A stretch of DNA of 64,000 nt from Patescibacteria group bacterium. GTDB lineage: Bacteria; Patescibacteriota; Patescibacteriia; 2-12-FULL-57-11. Every line of letters starts with the position of its first letter. Position 1 is the stretch's first letter. Under the pieces are notes generated by a model. It was not told the origin of the DNA and did not search any database. It worked only from the letters and a program-made list of their open reading frames with translations. Position numbers and translations under genes: made by a program. This document shows positions 34,676 through 45,185 of the stretch, piece after piece. The stretch lies in assembly GCA_004297205.1 (NCBI GenBank), contig SCUL01000002.1:786893-850892 (forward strand). The letters run 5' to 3'.

Positions 34676-35563
34676 TCACTGCGGCACCGAGACGGTGCGG
34701 GTGGCGATTTCGGTGCGCGGCCGCTCGCAGAATGGCACCGTGCCGCTGCCGCGATAGACCTTGTATTCGAGCATCGTCGGATCCGTCCAGCGGATTCTGA
34801 CGGATTCGGGCGGTCCGATTTCCGGTACGCATTCGGTCAGGCTTTCCCCGGCCGGCAGCCGGACGGCGACCGTCTGCTTGTCGTTCACGAAGTCGTAGAC
34901 CCACAGCTCGCGTTGCTCCTCGCCGGACGGACCGGTGTACCACATGCGACGTTGGTTCGGGGACAACAGGCTGCCCGCGATGTAGTGGTCGGGCGGGTTG
35001 ATGAGCGGGATGAAGGCGCGCAGCGCGGGGTCGAAGGCGATCGGCTGCGTCGCACCGGGCGCATCACAGCCGCCGGCGCAGCCGAAGGCGAAGATGGTGC
35101 GGGTGCTGCCGCTCGGCCGCGCCACGATGACGAGGGCGGAGTCCCCCGCCTTGAGCGCTGGGAGCAGGTCCGAGGCGTGTTCCACGAGCGTGAGATCGCC
35201 GGACTCCGACCGCCAGATCACTTTCTGGTCGACGATGACGACGTTGTCGGCGTCCATGGCGTTCACGAGTTCCACCTGGCCGCCCACAGGCAGGCCCGGT
35301 TCTTCGGCCGGTTCTTCCGCAGGCGTATTGGTATTCGCATTGGCGTTGCCGCCCGCGGCCGGAGCGTTCGCGTTGCTGTTTGCAGACGGGGCGCGTCCCA
35401 GGAGCTTCTTGCCCTGCGGGGAAGCGAGCAGGATGACGACCGTGCCGGCGAACAACACGAGCATCACGCCGAGCGCGATGAGGTAGCCGGTGCTGCCGTC
35501 CTGCTTTTTGGACGGGGCGGGGACGGACAGGTCTTCGGGCGCGGATTTTTTCTTCGGGGGCAT
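34676..35563 (-). CDS. hypothetical membrane-anchored protein (MPPKKK N-terminus, one TM helix, Ala/Asn/Glu-rich linker, extracytoplasmic domain) inserted between rplK and rplA
   Basis: ~295 aa from ATG MPPKKKSAPE; TM YLIALGVMLVLFAGTVVILL; high GC3. Confidence 0.55.
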   Translation of the reverse strand: MPPKKKSAPEDLSVPAPSKKQDGSTGYLIALGVMLVLFAGTVVILLASPQGKKLLGRAPSANSNANAPAAGGNANANTNTPAEEPAEEPGLPVGGQVELVNAMDADNVVIVDQKVIWRSESGDLTLVEHASDLLPALKAGDSALVIVARPSGSTRTIFAFGCAGGCDAPGATQPIAFDPALRAFIPLINPPDHYIAGSLLSPNQRRMWYTGPSGEEQRELWVYDFVNDKQTVAVRLPAGESLTECVPEIGPPESVRIRWTDPTMLEYKVYRGSGTVPFCERPRTEIATRTVSVPQ

Positions 35564-35573
35564 AGGTGCGGCG

Positions 35574-35615
35574 ATGGTAAAAGAAAAGACGAGTGGAGTA
35601 TACCACACGTCTTTT
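35574..35615 (-). terminator. intrinsic terminator after rplK (AAAAGACG...CGTCTTTT + CTTTTCTTTT) with a TATACT hexamer in the loop
   Basis: 8-bp stem, inner GTGG/CCAC pairing and a U-run, read on the minus-strand transcript. Confidence 0.55.
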
Positions 35616-35622
35616 CCCTCGT

Positions 35623-36048
35623 TTACTCCTTGACCTCGAGACCCATCTGGCGGGCCGTGCCGGCGACGGTGCGGGCGGCGGCGGCCAGATCGTCGGTGTT
35701 CAGGTCCGGGAGCTTCTTCTGCGCGATCTCGCGCACCTGGGCCATCGTGACCTTGCCGACCTTGTCGGTGTGGGGTTTGCCCGAGCCCTTCTGGATGCCG
35801 GCGGCCTTTTTGAGGAGTTCGGCGGCGGGCGGGGTTTTGGTGACGAAGGTGTAGGTGCGGTCCTCGTAGACCGTGATCACGACCGGCGTCACTTCGCCCA
35901 TGCGGTCCTTCGTCGCGGCGTTGAACTTCTGGCAGAATTCCGAGATGTTTAAGCCGTGCTGCCCCAAGGCAGGACCGACCGGCGGCGCGGGGTTTGCCTG
36001 CCCGCCCGGAATCTGGAGTTTGATGAGTGTTTTGACCTTCTTAGCCAT
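35623..36048 (-). CDS. rplK: 50S ribosomal protein L11
   Basis: [32 protein letters not shown]... canonical L11. Confidence 0.9.
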   Translation of the reverse strand: MAKKVKTLIKLQIPGGQANPAPPVGPALGQHGLNISEFCQKFNAATKDRMGEVTPVVITVYEDRTYTFVTKTPPAAELLKKAAGIQKGSGKPHTDKVGKVTMAQVREIAQKKLPDLNTDDLAAAARTVAGTARQMGLEVKE

Positions 36049-36065
36049 AGCAACCGGTTCTTACC

Positions 36066-36611
36066 TTAAATCTTCTTGACCTGCAAGAAGTCCAGCTCCA
36101 CGGGGGTTTCGCGGCCGAACATCGACACCAGCACTTTGACCTTGCCGCGGGCCTCGTCGATGTCGTTGACCTTGCCTTCGAAGTTCTTGAAGGGGCCGTC
36201 GTTGATGCGGACCGGGTCGCCCACGGAGATGTCGATCTTGTACTGCGGCTCGTCCACGCCCATGCGTTTCTGGAGCGACTTGATTTCGGCCTCGTCGATC
36301 GGCGTCGGGGTGGTGCCGGTGCCGATGAAGCCGGTCACGTTCGGCGTGTTGCGCACCACGTACCAGGAGTCGTCCTCGACGACCATCTCCACGAGCACGT
36401 AGCCCGGGAAGATTTTCTCTTCGATCACCTTGCGTTTCCCGTTCTTGATCTTGATTTTCTTTTCCTTGGGCACCAGCACGTTGAAGATCTTGTGCTGCAT
36501 GTCCATCGACTCGATGCGGGTGCGCAGGTTCTGCGACACGTTCTCCTCGTAGCCGGAGTAGGTATGGATGGCGTACCAGCGCCGGCCGTGCTTGATGACT
36601 TGTTTGGGCAT
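36066..36611 (-). CDS. nusG: transcription termination/antitermination factor NusG
   Basis: NGN domain WYAIHTYSGYE, KOW domain GDPVRINDGPFKNFEGKV. Confidence 0.9.
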   Translation of the reverse strand: MPKQVIKHGRRWYAIHTYSGYEENVSQNLRTRIESMDMQHKIFNVLVPKEKKIKIKNGKRKVIEEKIFPGYVLVEMVVEDDSWYVVRNTPNVTGFIGTGTTPTPIDEAEIKSLQKRMGVDEPQYKIDISVGDPVRINDGPFKNFEGKVNDIDEARGKVKVLVSMFGRETPVELDFLQVKKI

Positions 36612-36615
36612 AGCG

Positions 36616-36822
36616 CTACGCGGCGACGAGCGAGAGCAGCGCGCCGAGTCCGAGGTTGAGGAGGCTGTCGACGCCCGCGAAAATCGCGGCCACGCCGGCC
36701 GTCACGCCCACCACGATGAGGGTGTGGGTCATGACGTCCTTGCGGCTCGGCCAGGTTACCTTGCGCAGCTCGGCGATCGAGCTCGTGACGTACGCGCCCA
36801 CCGGATTCTGGGCCAGATTCAT
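36616..36822 (-). CDS. secE: preprotein translocase subunit SecE
   Basis: 68 aa from the internal ATG (MNLAQNPVGAYVTSSIAELRKVTWPSR...), single C-terminal TM helix; conserved position upstream of nusG. Confidence 0.7.
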   Translation of the reverse strand: MNLAQNPVGAYVTSSIAELRKVTWPSRKDVMTHTLIVVGVTAGVAAIFAGVDSLLNLGLGALLSLVAA

Positions 36823-36866
36823 ACCGTCTTTTCTAAAATAAACCCCCGGGCGGGGGATCGACAGGG

Positions 36867-36917
36867 AGCATACCACGGCATTTGCGGGTTGACAAGACCG
36901 CCTCGCCGGGCTATTTT
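36867..36917. promoter_or_regulatory. back-to-back divergent promoters sharing a palindromic TTGACAA core: plus strand TTGACA(36889)-N17-TATTTT for the gene at 36945; minus strand TTGTCA-N17-TATGCT for secE-nusG-rplK
   Basis: Both hexamer pairs with 17-bp spacers read directly; the plus-strand one is followed by SD GAAGGAGGG and a GTG start. Confidence 0.5.
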
Positions 36918-36944
36918 CGTTGCGCCCTGCGAAGGAGGGAACAC

Positions 36945-37616
36945 GTGAGATGTCCTGACGGTGAGAGAGACGGATCAGGGGATGCCGACGTGCTGCCGGC
37001 GGTGCCGCAGACGCCGTTCATCCGGGTCATGCCATACGCCCGCATCCGGGAAGAGGCCATGACTGCGCAGAGTGCCGGCTATTTCGATCCCGCGGTGCTC
37101 GGGTTCGTGCCGAGCGGGCTCTCGAAGGACGGGGCGAGCAGCGCCCGCTGGGCGGTCGTCGAGGGGCCGATGTTGCCGATCGTCGACGCCGACGACGCCG
37201 CGGGATTGGCCCGCGGCCTGGCCGGGGCTGCGGCGCCGCTGTTCCGGAGCACGTACTGCCGCGTCGTCGTCACCGCGACGCGCGCCTCCCGGCTCGAGCG
37301 GCACCTTGCGGACGTGCTGGAGCGCTGCGGCGTCGAACGCCGCACGTACCTGGAGCGTCCGGGGGACCGCAGGGAGCTCGTGGTGGTCCCCAAGTACTAC
37401 CAAGGGGAGTATCCGCCCGAGCCGTTCCTGCTCGCGGCACGCCTGATCACGGCGCTGCGCGACCGGCTCGAGAACGCCACCCTCACCGGCGAAGAAACGG
37501 TGGATGGCGCGCTCTACGGCTGCGAAGCGATGATTGCGGTACAGTCCGATCCGCCGGGCCTCTGCGGCCGCCGGCATCCGGACGTGATCGCGGTCGGCGT
37601 CGCCTACAGCTTCTAG
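36945..37616 (+). CDS. hypothetical protein
   Basis: 223 aa from GTG with SD AAGGAGGG 6 nt upstream; no motif recognised. Confidence 0.45.
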   Translation: MRCPDGERDGSGDADVLPAVPQTPFIRVMPYARIREEAMTAQSAGYFDPAVLGFVPSGLSKDGASSARWAVVEGPMLPIVDADDAAGLARGLAGAAAPLFRSTYCRVVVTATRASRLERHLADVLERCGVERRTYLERPGDRRELVVVPKYYQGEYPPEPFLLAARLITALRDRLENATLTGEETVDGALYGCEAMIAVQSDPPGLCGRRHPDVIAVGVAYSF

Positions 37617-37630
37617 AAAGCAAACGGCAC

Positions 37631-37667
37631 CCGTCGCGGGTGCCGCAGCGTTCGCAGGACTCGTCCT
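37631..37667. terminator. two hairpins (GGCACCCG-tcg-CGGGTGCC and GCAGGAC-tc-GTCCTGC) between convergent genes
   Basis: Perfect inverted repeats directly after the stop at 37616. Confidence 0.5.
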
Positions 37668-37700
37668 GCACGGGATCCATCGGGGGTCCTTCTTTTTTAT

Positions 37701-37799
37701 CTACGCGGGGAGCAGCTTCCACCAGACCGCCGCCCCGGCGGCGACGATGCCGGTGAGCGCGATCAGTGCTGCAATCGCGATTCTGATCTCCTTGCTCAT
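37701..37799 (-). CDS. possible small hydrophobic peptide (32 aa, MSKEIRIAIAALIALTGIVAAGAAVWWKLLPA)
   Basis: Below the track size cut-off; high GC3; its start overlaps (ATGA) the stop of an upstream 24-codon ORF that begins just after the duplicated gyrB tail. Confidence 0.25.
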   Translation of the reverse strand: MSKEIRIAIAALIALTGIVAAGAAVWWKLLPA

Positions 37800-37833
37800 A
37801 GCGCGGTGAGTATGGCGAGTCGCGCGCCGACGT

Positions 37834-37864
37834 TCAGATATCGAGGTTCTTCACGGCCTTCGGC
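37834..37864 (-). repeat. duplicated copy of the gyrB 3' end (encodes PKAVKNLDI-stop) ~35 bp downstream of the real gyrB stop
   Basis: 27/31 nt identical to 37898..37928; in the gyrB reading frame the differences are all synonymous third-position changes plus TAA->TGA. Confidence 0.6.
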
Positions 37865-37897
37865 CGCCATGTGGCGGCACTCCGGCCTCTATGACTC

Positions 37898-40282
<2,385 letters not shown>

Positions 40283-40858
40283 TTAGGCGGAAACCGGCGC
40301 GATTTCGAGCTGGCGCATCGCTGCGCGCAGCGACTGGTGGAATCCTTCGAGCGGGACGCCGTCGTTCTGCACGTTGTAGGCGGCCATCCCCATGAGCAGC
40401 AAGATGCCCCGCTCCGTCGGGCTCTCCTCCCAGGCGCGGAACTGCGCGAAGGTCATCTGCCGCTCGTCCGGCTTCTCCGCCCGGCCGAGGCAGCGCATCC
40501 AACGCAGCTCGGCGTTGGCGCAGATCGCGACCAGCCGGAAGCCGGGGAGATCGACGAGCGCGTTGACTTGCCGGATGAAGCGGAAGCCCTCCGTCACGAC
40601 GAGCCGGGCGGGATCCGCCTCCACCCGCTCGCGCATGGCGCGGGCCAGCGGATCCTCGTTGGACCCGGAACCGCTCAGCTCGGCCCCGAGCGCGACCAGG
40701 GCCTCCCGCGTGTGCGGGATGTTCCGCTTCGTCGCCTCCTCGCGGACGAGGTCGCCGAAGGCATGGCGGCCGGCGCCGAACTCCCGCTCCAGGAATGTCG
40801 CCGCCGTGGTTTTGCCGGCGCCGGGCAATCCGACCAGTCCGATGATGACTTTGGGCAT
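40283..40858 (-). CDS. T4-gp1-like dNMP kinase, paralog of 32754..33332
   Basis: GLVGLPGAGKTTAATFL...FGDLVREEA, ...VTEGFRFIRQVNAL..., ...AICANAELRWMRCLGRAEKPDERQMTFAQFRAWEESPTE, collinear with the other copy. Confidence 0.6.
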   Translation of the reverse strand: MPKVIIGLVGLPGAGKTTAATFLEREFGAGRHAFGDLVREEATKRNIPHTREALVALGAELSGSGSNEDPLARAMRERVEADPARLVVTEGFRFIRQVNALVDLPGFRLVAICANAELRWMRCLGRAEKPDERQMTFAQFRAWEESPTERGILLLMGMAAYNVQNDGVPLEGFHQSLRAAMRQLEIAPVSA

Positions 40859-40926
40859 ATCTCCTCCCGCGTCAGATGTAGCGTACGGGGACGCGCCGGT
40901 CAATGCCGCATGATATACTGCGTGCG

Positions 40927-41793
40927 ATGGCCTTCATCCCCAACAACACGACGCCCGACAACCTCAGCGAGCAACAGTTTCAGGCGGCCAGCTGGTACGT
41001 CGAGCACAAGCTGCAGCTCAAGGCGGCACTGACCGTCTTTTTGGTGGTCTGGTGCGCGGCTTTCGGCGGCTACGCCATCTGGGGAATGGTGAAGCTGTTC
41101 CTGATCGAATATCCGGGCTATCGCCAGATGCAGCGCGATGCCGGCGTGAACTACGTGAATTTTGCGGCACTCGAGAACGCCCGCCCGATCGACGTGCGCA
41201 CGGTGCAGGTGTTCGCCGCCGGTGCCGGCAAGGCCGACGCCGTGGCCACCGTCCGCAACCCCAACGCCCGCTTCGCCGCGACCTTCCGCTACCAGTTCGT
41301 GGGCGAAGGCGCGACGCCGTCGGAACTCGAGGGTTTCCTCCTGCCCGGCGAAGAAAAACCGCTGCTCTCCCTCGGCATCCCGACGCAAACGTCTTTCCGC
41401 AGCGCGCGGCTCGAAATCCGCGACGTGCAATGGGCACGGCTCGACGCCCACGAGATTCCCGATTGGGCGGCCTACCGCACGGCGCGCATGGCGCTCTCCG
41501 GCGAGGAGGTCGTCTTCACGCCCGCGCAAACCCAGGGCCAGGTGTCGCGCGTCACCTTCACTGTCAAGAACGCTTCGGCCTACTCGTATTGGAACGTCCG
41601 TTTCATCGTCCTCTTGTACCGGGGCCAGTCCATCGCGGCCGTGAACGCCATCGACCTCTCCAGCCTGCGGACGGGGGAGAGCCGTCCGGCATCCGTCACC
41701 TGGTTTGAAAACGTTCCCTCCGTCACGAAAACCGAGATCCGTCCGGAAGTGAACATTTTGGACCAGTCTGCATTCATTGCGCCGGCGGGTTGA
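40927..41793 (+). CDS. hypothetical membrane-anchored protein (one TM helix, extracytoplasmic domain)
   Basis: ~288 aa; alternative ATG at 40903; TATACT at 40914-40919 lies 7 nt before the 40927 ATG, suggesting a leaderless transcript. Confidence 0.45.
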   Translation: MAFIPNNTTPDNLSEQQFQAASWYVEHKLQLKAALTVFLVVWCAAFGGYAIWGMVKLFLIEYPGYRQMQRDAGVNYVNFAALENARPIDVRTVQVFAAGAGKADAVATVRNPNARFAATFRYQFVGEGATPSELEGFLLPGEEKPLLSLGIPTQTSFRSARLEIRDVQWARLDAHEIPDWAAYRTARMALSGEEVVFTPAQTQGQVSRVTFTVKNASAYSYWNVRFIVLLYRGQSIAAVNAIDLSSLRTGESRPASVTWFENVPSVTKTEIRPEVNILDQSAFIAPAG

Positions 41794-41883
41794 GCGCGCG
41801 CGACCCATTGACGCCGCGGGCTTTTTTTGATACATCGCAGATACGACATTCGCTGATAAGCAGAACAGCGGTGGAGGTAGAAG

Positions 41884-42843
41884 GTGAAACTGTCGGAACC
41901 CTATCAGGAGATCGTGGATTCCTGCCGTATCGGCAGCACGGACCTGGTGGAGTTTCCCGCACCAGGTTCACGCAACCGCATCTTTGCAAAGCTCGAGTAT
42001 CAGAACCACACGGGTAGTCATTACGATCGGGTCTACCCCTGGCTGCTCGACCAGCTCGAGCGGGAGGGGAAGATCCACCCCGCCCACTCGATACTCGTAG
42101 AGACGACCTCGGGTAACGCGGGGATATCATGCGGCTTCGTCGCTCAGCGTCGCGGCTATCGCACCATCATCTTCACGCCAGCCGGAGCCCGTCCGCGTTG
42201 CAACCAGTTGATGCGCGGATACGGGGTCGACGTCCGAGAGGTCTCCGGCGCCGACTACGTCGCCGATGCTCGGGACGCGATGGTCACACTCCTGCGTGAA
42301 CACGTCGATGCGCGCAGCGGAGGGTTCCGGATGTACTATTCGCCGAACCACTCCCAGCTGGAGATATCATGCAAGGCGCTTGTGCCGATCGTCACCGAGG
42401 CGCTGGCGCAGGCCGGAGGGTCGTTCGATTGCTTTATCGGCGCCGCCGGGAATGGGTCGACGCTCCGGGGAATGGGGGATGCGTTGCGTCGCGACAACCC
42501 GAAGATCCGAATGTTCGGCTTCGATCCGGCCGCGGCCCCGAACGCCTACCAGATCAAGTACGGGAGGATTCCAGGGCACACGCCGCGCGTTCACCAGCTG
42601 TTTGGGGTCGGTGTCTGGGATGTCGAGTTCCCGCACCTGACCTACGCCGTGCGACAGCTGCTCGAAGACGTGATGATCGTCGAGGACGAACAGTGGCGTC
42701 AGACACAGCTGGAGCTGAGGGCGATCGGGTACGACGTGGGCAACACGTCCGCGGCCGCGTACCACCTCGCTCGCGACTTTTGCCGCCGTCACGACAACCA
42801 GCGTATCCTCATCGTCTTCTACGATGCCGCCGACCACTACTGA
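41884..42843 (+). CDS. tryptophan-synthase-beta/cysteine-synthase-fold (PLP fold type II) protein in which the canonical PLP lysine is replaced by Tyr
   Basis: AKLEYQNHTGSHYDR aligns by eye with CysK AKVESRNPSFSVKCR (K->Y); Gly-rich loop GAAGNGSTLRG; 319 aa. Confidence 0.6.
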   Translation: MKLSEPYQEIVDSCRIGSTDLVEFPAPGSRNRIFAKLEYQNHTGSHYDRVYPWLLDQLEREGKIHPAHSILVETTSGNAGISCGFVAQRRGYRTIIFTPAGARPRCNQLMRGYGVDVREVSGADYVADARDAMVTLLREHVDARSGGFRMYYSPNHSQLEISCKALVPIVTEALAQAGGSFDCFIGAAGNGSTLRGMGDALRRDNPKIRMFGFDPAAAPNAYQIKYGRIPGHTPRVHQLFGVGVWDVEFPHLTYAVRQLLEDVMIVEDEQWRQTQLELRAIGYDVGNTSAAAYHLARDFCRRHDNQRILIVFYDAADHY

Positions 42844-42851
42844 GGTCGGCA

Positions 42852-42880
42852 CCCCACGTCCGCACGTGGGTCGTTTTTTA
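42852..42880 (+). terminator. intrinsic terminator CCCACGT-ccgc-ACGTGGG + TCGTTTTTTAT
   Basis: Perfect 7-bp stem plus T-run right after the stop at 42843. Confidence 0.65.
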
Positions 42881-42935
42881 TCTTGCTTTTTTGACCCTTT
42901 GCCCAGGGATCATTTCTGGTCTACCGTGCCGGCGT

Positions 42936-44072
42936 ATGATCCGCCGGACCATCCGCGCCGTCCGCGATTTTGACTGGGTGCTGTTTGCAGCCATGGTTTC
43001 GCTCGTGGCCGTGGGCATGGCGGCGATCGCCAGCGTCACCTTGTCGCAAGCCACGCCCGACTTCGGCGGCCTCCTCAAACAGGGTGCCGCCTTCGTGCTG
43101 GGGTTGGTTCTCGTGTTCGTGGTGGGGGCCATGAACTACCGGGCCTTCGAACCGGCCGCGCGCATCTTTTATCTGCTCGGCGCGGCGTTGCTGGTCGCCG
43201 TGCTGTTCGTGGGGCAGACGGTGCGCGGCACCACCGGTTGGTTCGCCATCGCCGGCTGGAGCTTCCAACCGGTCGAAGCGGCCAAGATCGTGCTCGTCCT
43301 TTTTCTGGCGCGCTACTTTTCTCACCATGCCTACCAACGCGATCTGCGGTCGCTGGTCGGCAGCGGCATCGGCGCGCTGCTGCTCGTGGGGTTGACCCTG
43401 CTGCAGCCGGACTTCGGCTCAGCCATGGTGCTGCTTGCGGTGTGGGTCGCCCTGCTGCTTTTGTCCGGCACGCGCCGCAGTTACGTGGTGACGCTGCTGG
43501 GACTCGCGGTCGTGAGCGCGGTGGTCGCTTGGATGTTCGTCCTGAAACCCTACCAGCACGAGCGCATCCTGACCTTCCTCGATCCCAGCCGCGATCCGCT
43601 CGGCAGGGGATACAACCTGACGCAATCCGTGATCGCGGTCGGCTCCGGCGGCCTGTTCGGCCGCGGACTCGGCTTCGGCTCGCAGAGCCAGCTGCGGTTC
43701 CTGCCCGAAGCGCAGACCGATTTCATCTTCGCGGTGGTGGCGGAGGAGATGGGCTTCATCGCCGTCACGGCGGTGCTCGCGCTCTACGCGCTTCTCGTTT
43801 GGCGGGCCGTCCGTCTGGCGCGCCTCGCGACCGACACCTTCACCGCCCATGTCGCCGCCGGCATCGCCATCCTGTTCACCATCCAGATCGCCATCAACGT
43901 CGGGATGAACATGGGGCTCATGCCGGTCACCGGCATCGCCCTGCCCTTCATCTCTTATGGCGGGTCCTCCCTGCTGTTTTCCATGATCATGGTGGGGATT
44001 CTCCAGAGCATCGCGGTGCGCCAGCGTTCGGCGGCGCTGACCACCATTGACGTGCTGGAGCGCGGATGGTAA
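42936..44072 (+). CDS. SEDS-family peptidoglycan glycosyltransferase (RodA/FtsW)
   Basis: 378 aa from ATG MIRRTIRAVRDFDWVLF; ~10 TM helices; conserved SEDS motifs (QPSEFAK-like FQPVEAAKI; ...PEAQTDFIFAV...; GLMPVTGIALPFISYGGSS). Confidence 0.8.
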   Translation: MIRRTIRAVRDFDWVLFAAMVSLVAVGMAAIASVTLSQATPDFGGLLKQGAAFVLGLVLVFVVGAMNYRAFEPAARIFYLLGAALLVAVLFVGQTVRGTTGWFAIAGWSFQPVEAAKIVLVLFLARYFSHHAYQRDLRSLVGSGIGALLLVGLTLLQPDFGSAMVLLAVWVALLLLSGTRRSYVVTLLGLAVVSAVVAWMFVLKPYQHERILTFLDPSRDPLGRGYNLTQSVIAVGSGGLFGRGLGFGSQSQLRFLPEAQTDFIFAVVAEEMGFIAVTAVLALYALLVWRAVRLARLATDTFTAHVAAGIAILFTIQIAINVGMNMGLMPVTGIALPFISYGGSSLLFSMIMVGILQSIAVRQRSAALTTIDVLERGW

Positions 44073-44115
44073 GGTCGGGCGCGATGGGCTACGCTTGAAG
44101 GGCTTATTTGCGCCC

Positions 44116-44451
44116 ATGCCCAAGCGCCGCAACCATCCGCAGCACGCCTCTCCGGACGGGGTGACCCACCTCGCCGAGTGTCCGTTGTGCGCCGCGAGCT
44201 ACGATCCGCACCGGGCCCGCGTGCTCGGCAAAAACGGCGAGGAGCGCCTGCTCCACGTCGCCTGCGGCGGCTGCGGCAACGCCATGCTGGCGCTCGTCGT
44301 GGTGACGTCCGCCGGCGTCTCGTCGGTGGGACTCATCACGGATCTGTCCTTCGAAGACGCACAGCGCTTCCGCGAAGCGTCGCCGGTCTCCGCGGACCAC
44401 GTGCTGGCGGCCCACGTGCTTCCGGCCGACATCATTTCCAGACTCCTGTAA
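44116..44451 (+). CDS. hypothetical zinc-ribbon protein
   Basis: 111 aa from the internal ATG; CPLC ... CGGCG Cys pairs. Confidence 0.4.
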   Translation: MPKRRNHPQHASPDGVTHLAECPLCAASYDPHRARVLGKNGEERLLHVACGGCGNAMLALVVVTSAGVSSVGLITDLSFEDAQRFREASPVSADHVLAAHVLPADIISRLL

Positions 44452-44458
44452 TACCGTT

Positions 44459-45181
44459 ATGCAGCAGACGATCACGCTTTCCGCAAAAACCCGCACCGTC
44501 ACCGGCAAACCGGTGAAACTTCTGCGCGCCAAGGGCGTGCTGCCGGCCGTGATCTACGGCTTCGGCACCGATCCGCGCAATTTGGAAATCGACGCCCGCG
44601 CCTTCGCCAAGGCGTTCGAGGCCGCCGGGGAATCCACGCTCGTCGACGTCGTCGTCGACGGCGGCGCCCCGGTCAAGGCGCTCATCCAGGACATCCAGCA
44701 GGACCCGATGACCAGCCGCATCAGCCACGCGGACCTGCGCGCCGTGAACATGAAGGAGAAGACCACCGCCGACATCCCGCTCGAACTCGTCGGCGAAGCG
44801 CCGGTCGCCAAGGGCCAGGCCGTGGTCATCACCAAGGTCCACGAATCGCTCGAAGTGGAGGGTCTGCCGGGCGACCTGGTCTCCCAGATCATCGTCGACC
44901 TCTCCGGTCTCACCGAGATCGGCCAGACCATCCGCGTCCGCGACCTGAAACTCCCGGCCGGCCTCACGGCCGTGGCCGACGCCGACGACGTCGTCGTGAC
45001 GGTCGCCGCCGCACTGACCGAGGAACAGATCAAAGCCATGGAAACCGCGCAGGTCGGCGACGTCTCGCAGATCGAGGTCGTCGAAGGCAAGAAGAAGGAA
45101 GGCGAGGAGGGCGTCGAGGAAGGCGCGGCGGCTCCAGCGGCGGAAGCCAAAGAGGCCAAGAAGGAAGCCAAGAAAGAATAA
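44459..45181 (+). CDS. rplY: 50S ribosomal protein L25 / general stress protein Ctc (long form with acidic Lys-rich tail)
   Basis: MQQTITLSAKTRTVTGKPVKLLRAKGVLPAVIYG... canonical L25 N-domain plus Ctc C-domain. Confidence 0.85.
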   Translation: MQQTITLSAKTRTVTGKPVKLLRAKGVLPAVIYGFGTDPRNLEIDARAFAKAFEAAGESTLVDVVVDGGAPVKALIQDIQQDPMTSRISHADLRAVNMKEKTTADIPLELVGEAPVAKGQAVVITKVHESLEVEGLPGDLVSQIIVDLSGLTEIGQTIRVRDLKLPAGLTAVADADDVVVTVAAALTEEQIKAMETAQVGDVSQIEVVEGKKKEGEEGVEEGAAAPAAEAKEAKKEAKKE

Positions 45182-45185
45182 GAGC

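Noticed and set aside
36823-36944. tRNA-Trp or rpmG upstream of secE, as in many bacteria
   Set aside because: No cloverleaf-compatible sequence (no GTTCGA/T-loop, no acceptor pairing) on either strand. The region is instead occupied by the divergent promoter pair.
41794-41883. Intrinsic terminator after the gene ending at 41793
   Set aside because: A T7 run is present at 41822-41828, but I could not find a convincing complementary stem immediately upstream, so it was not called.
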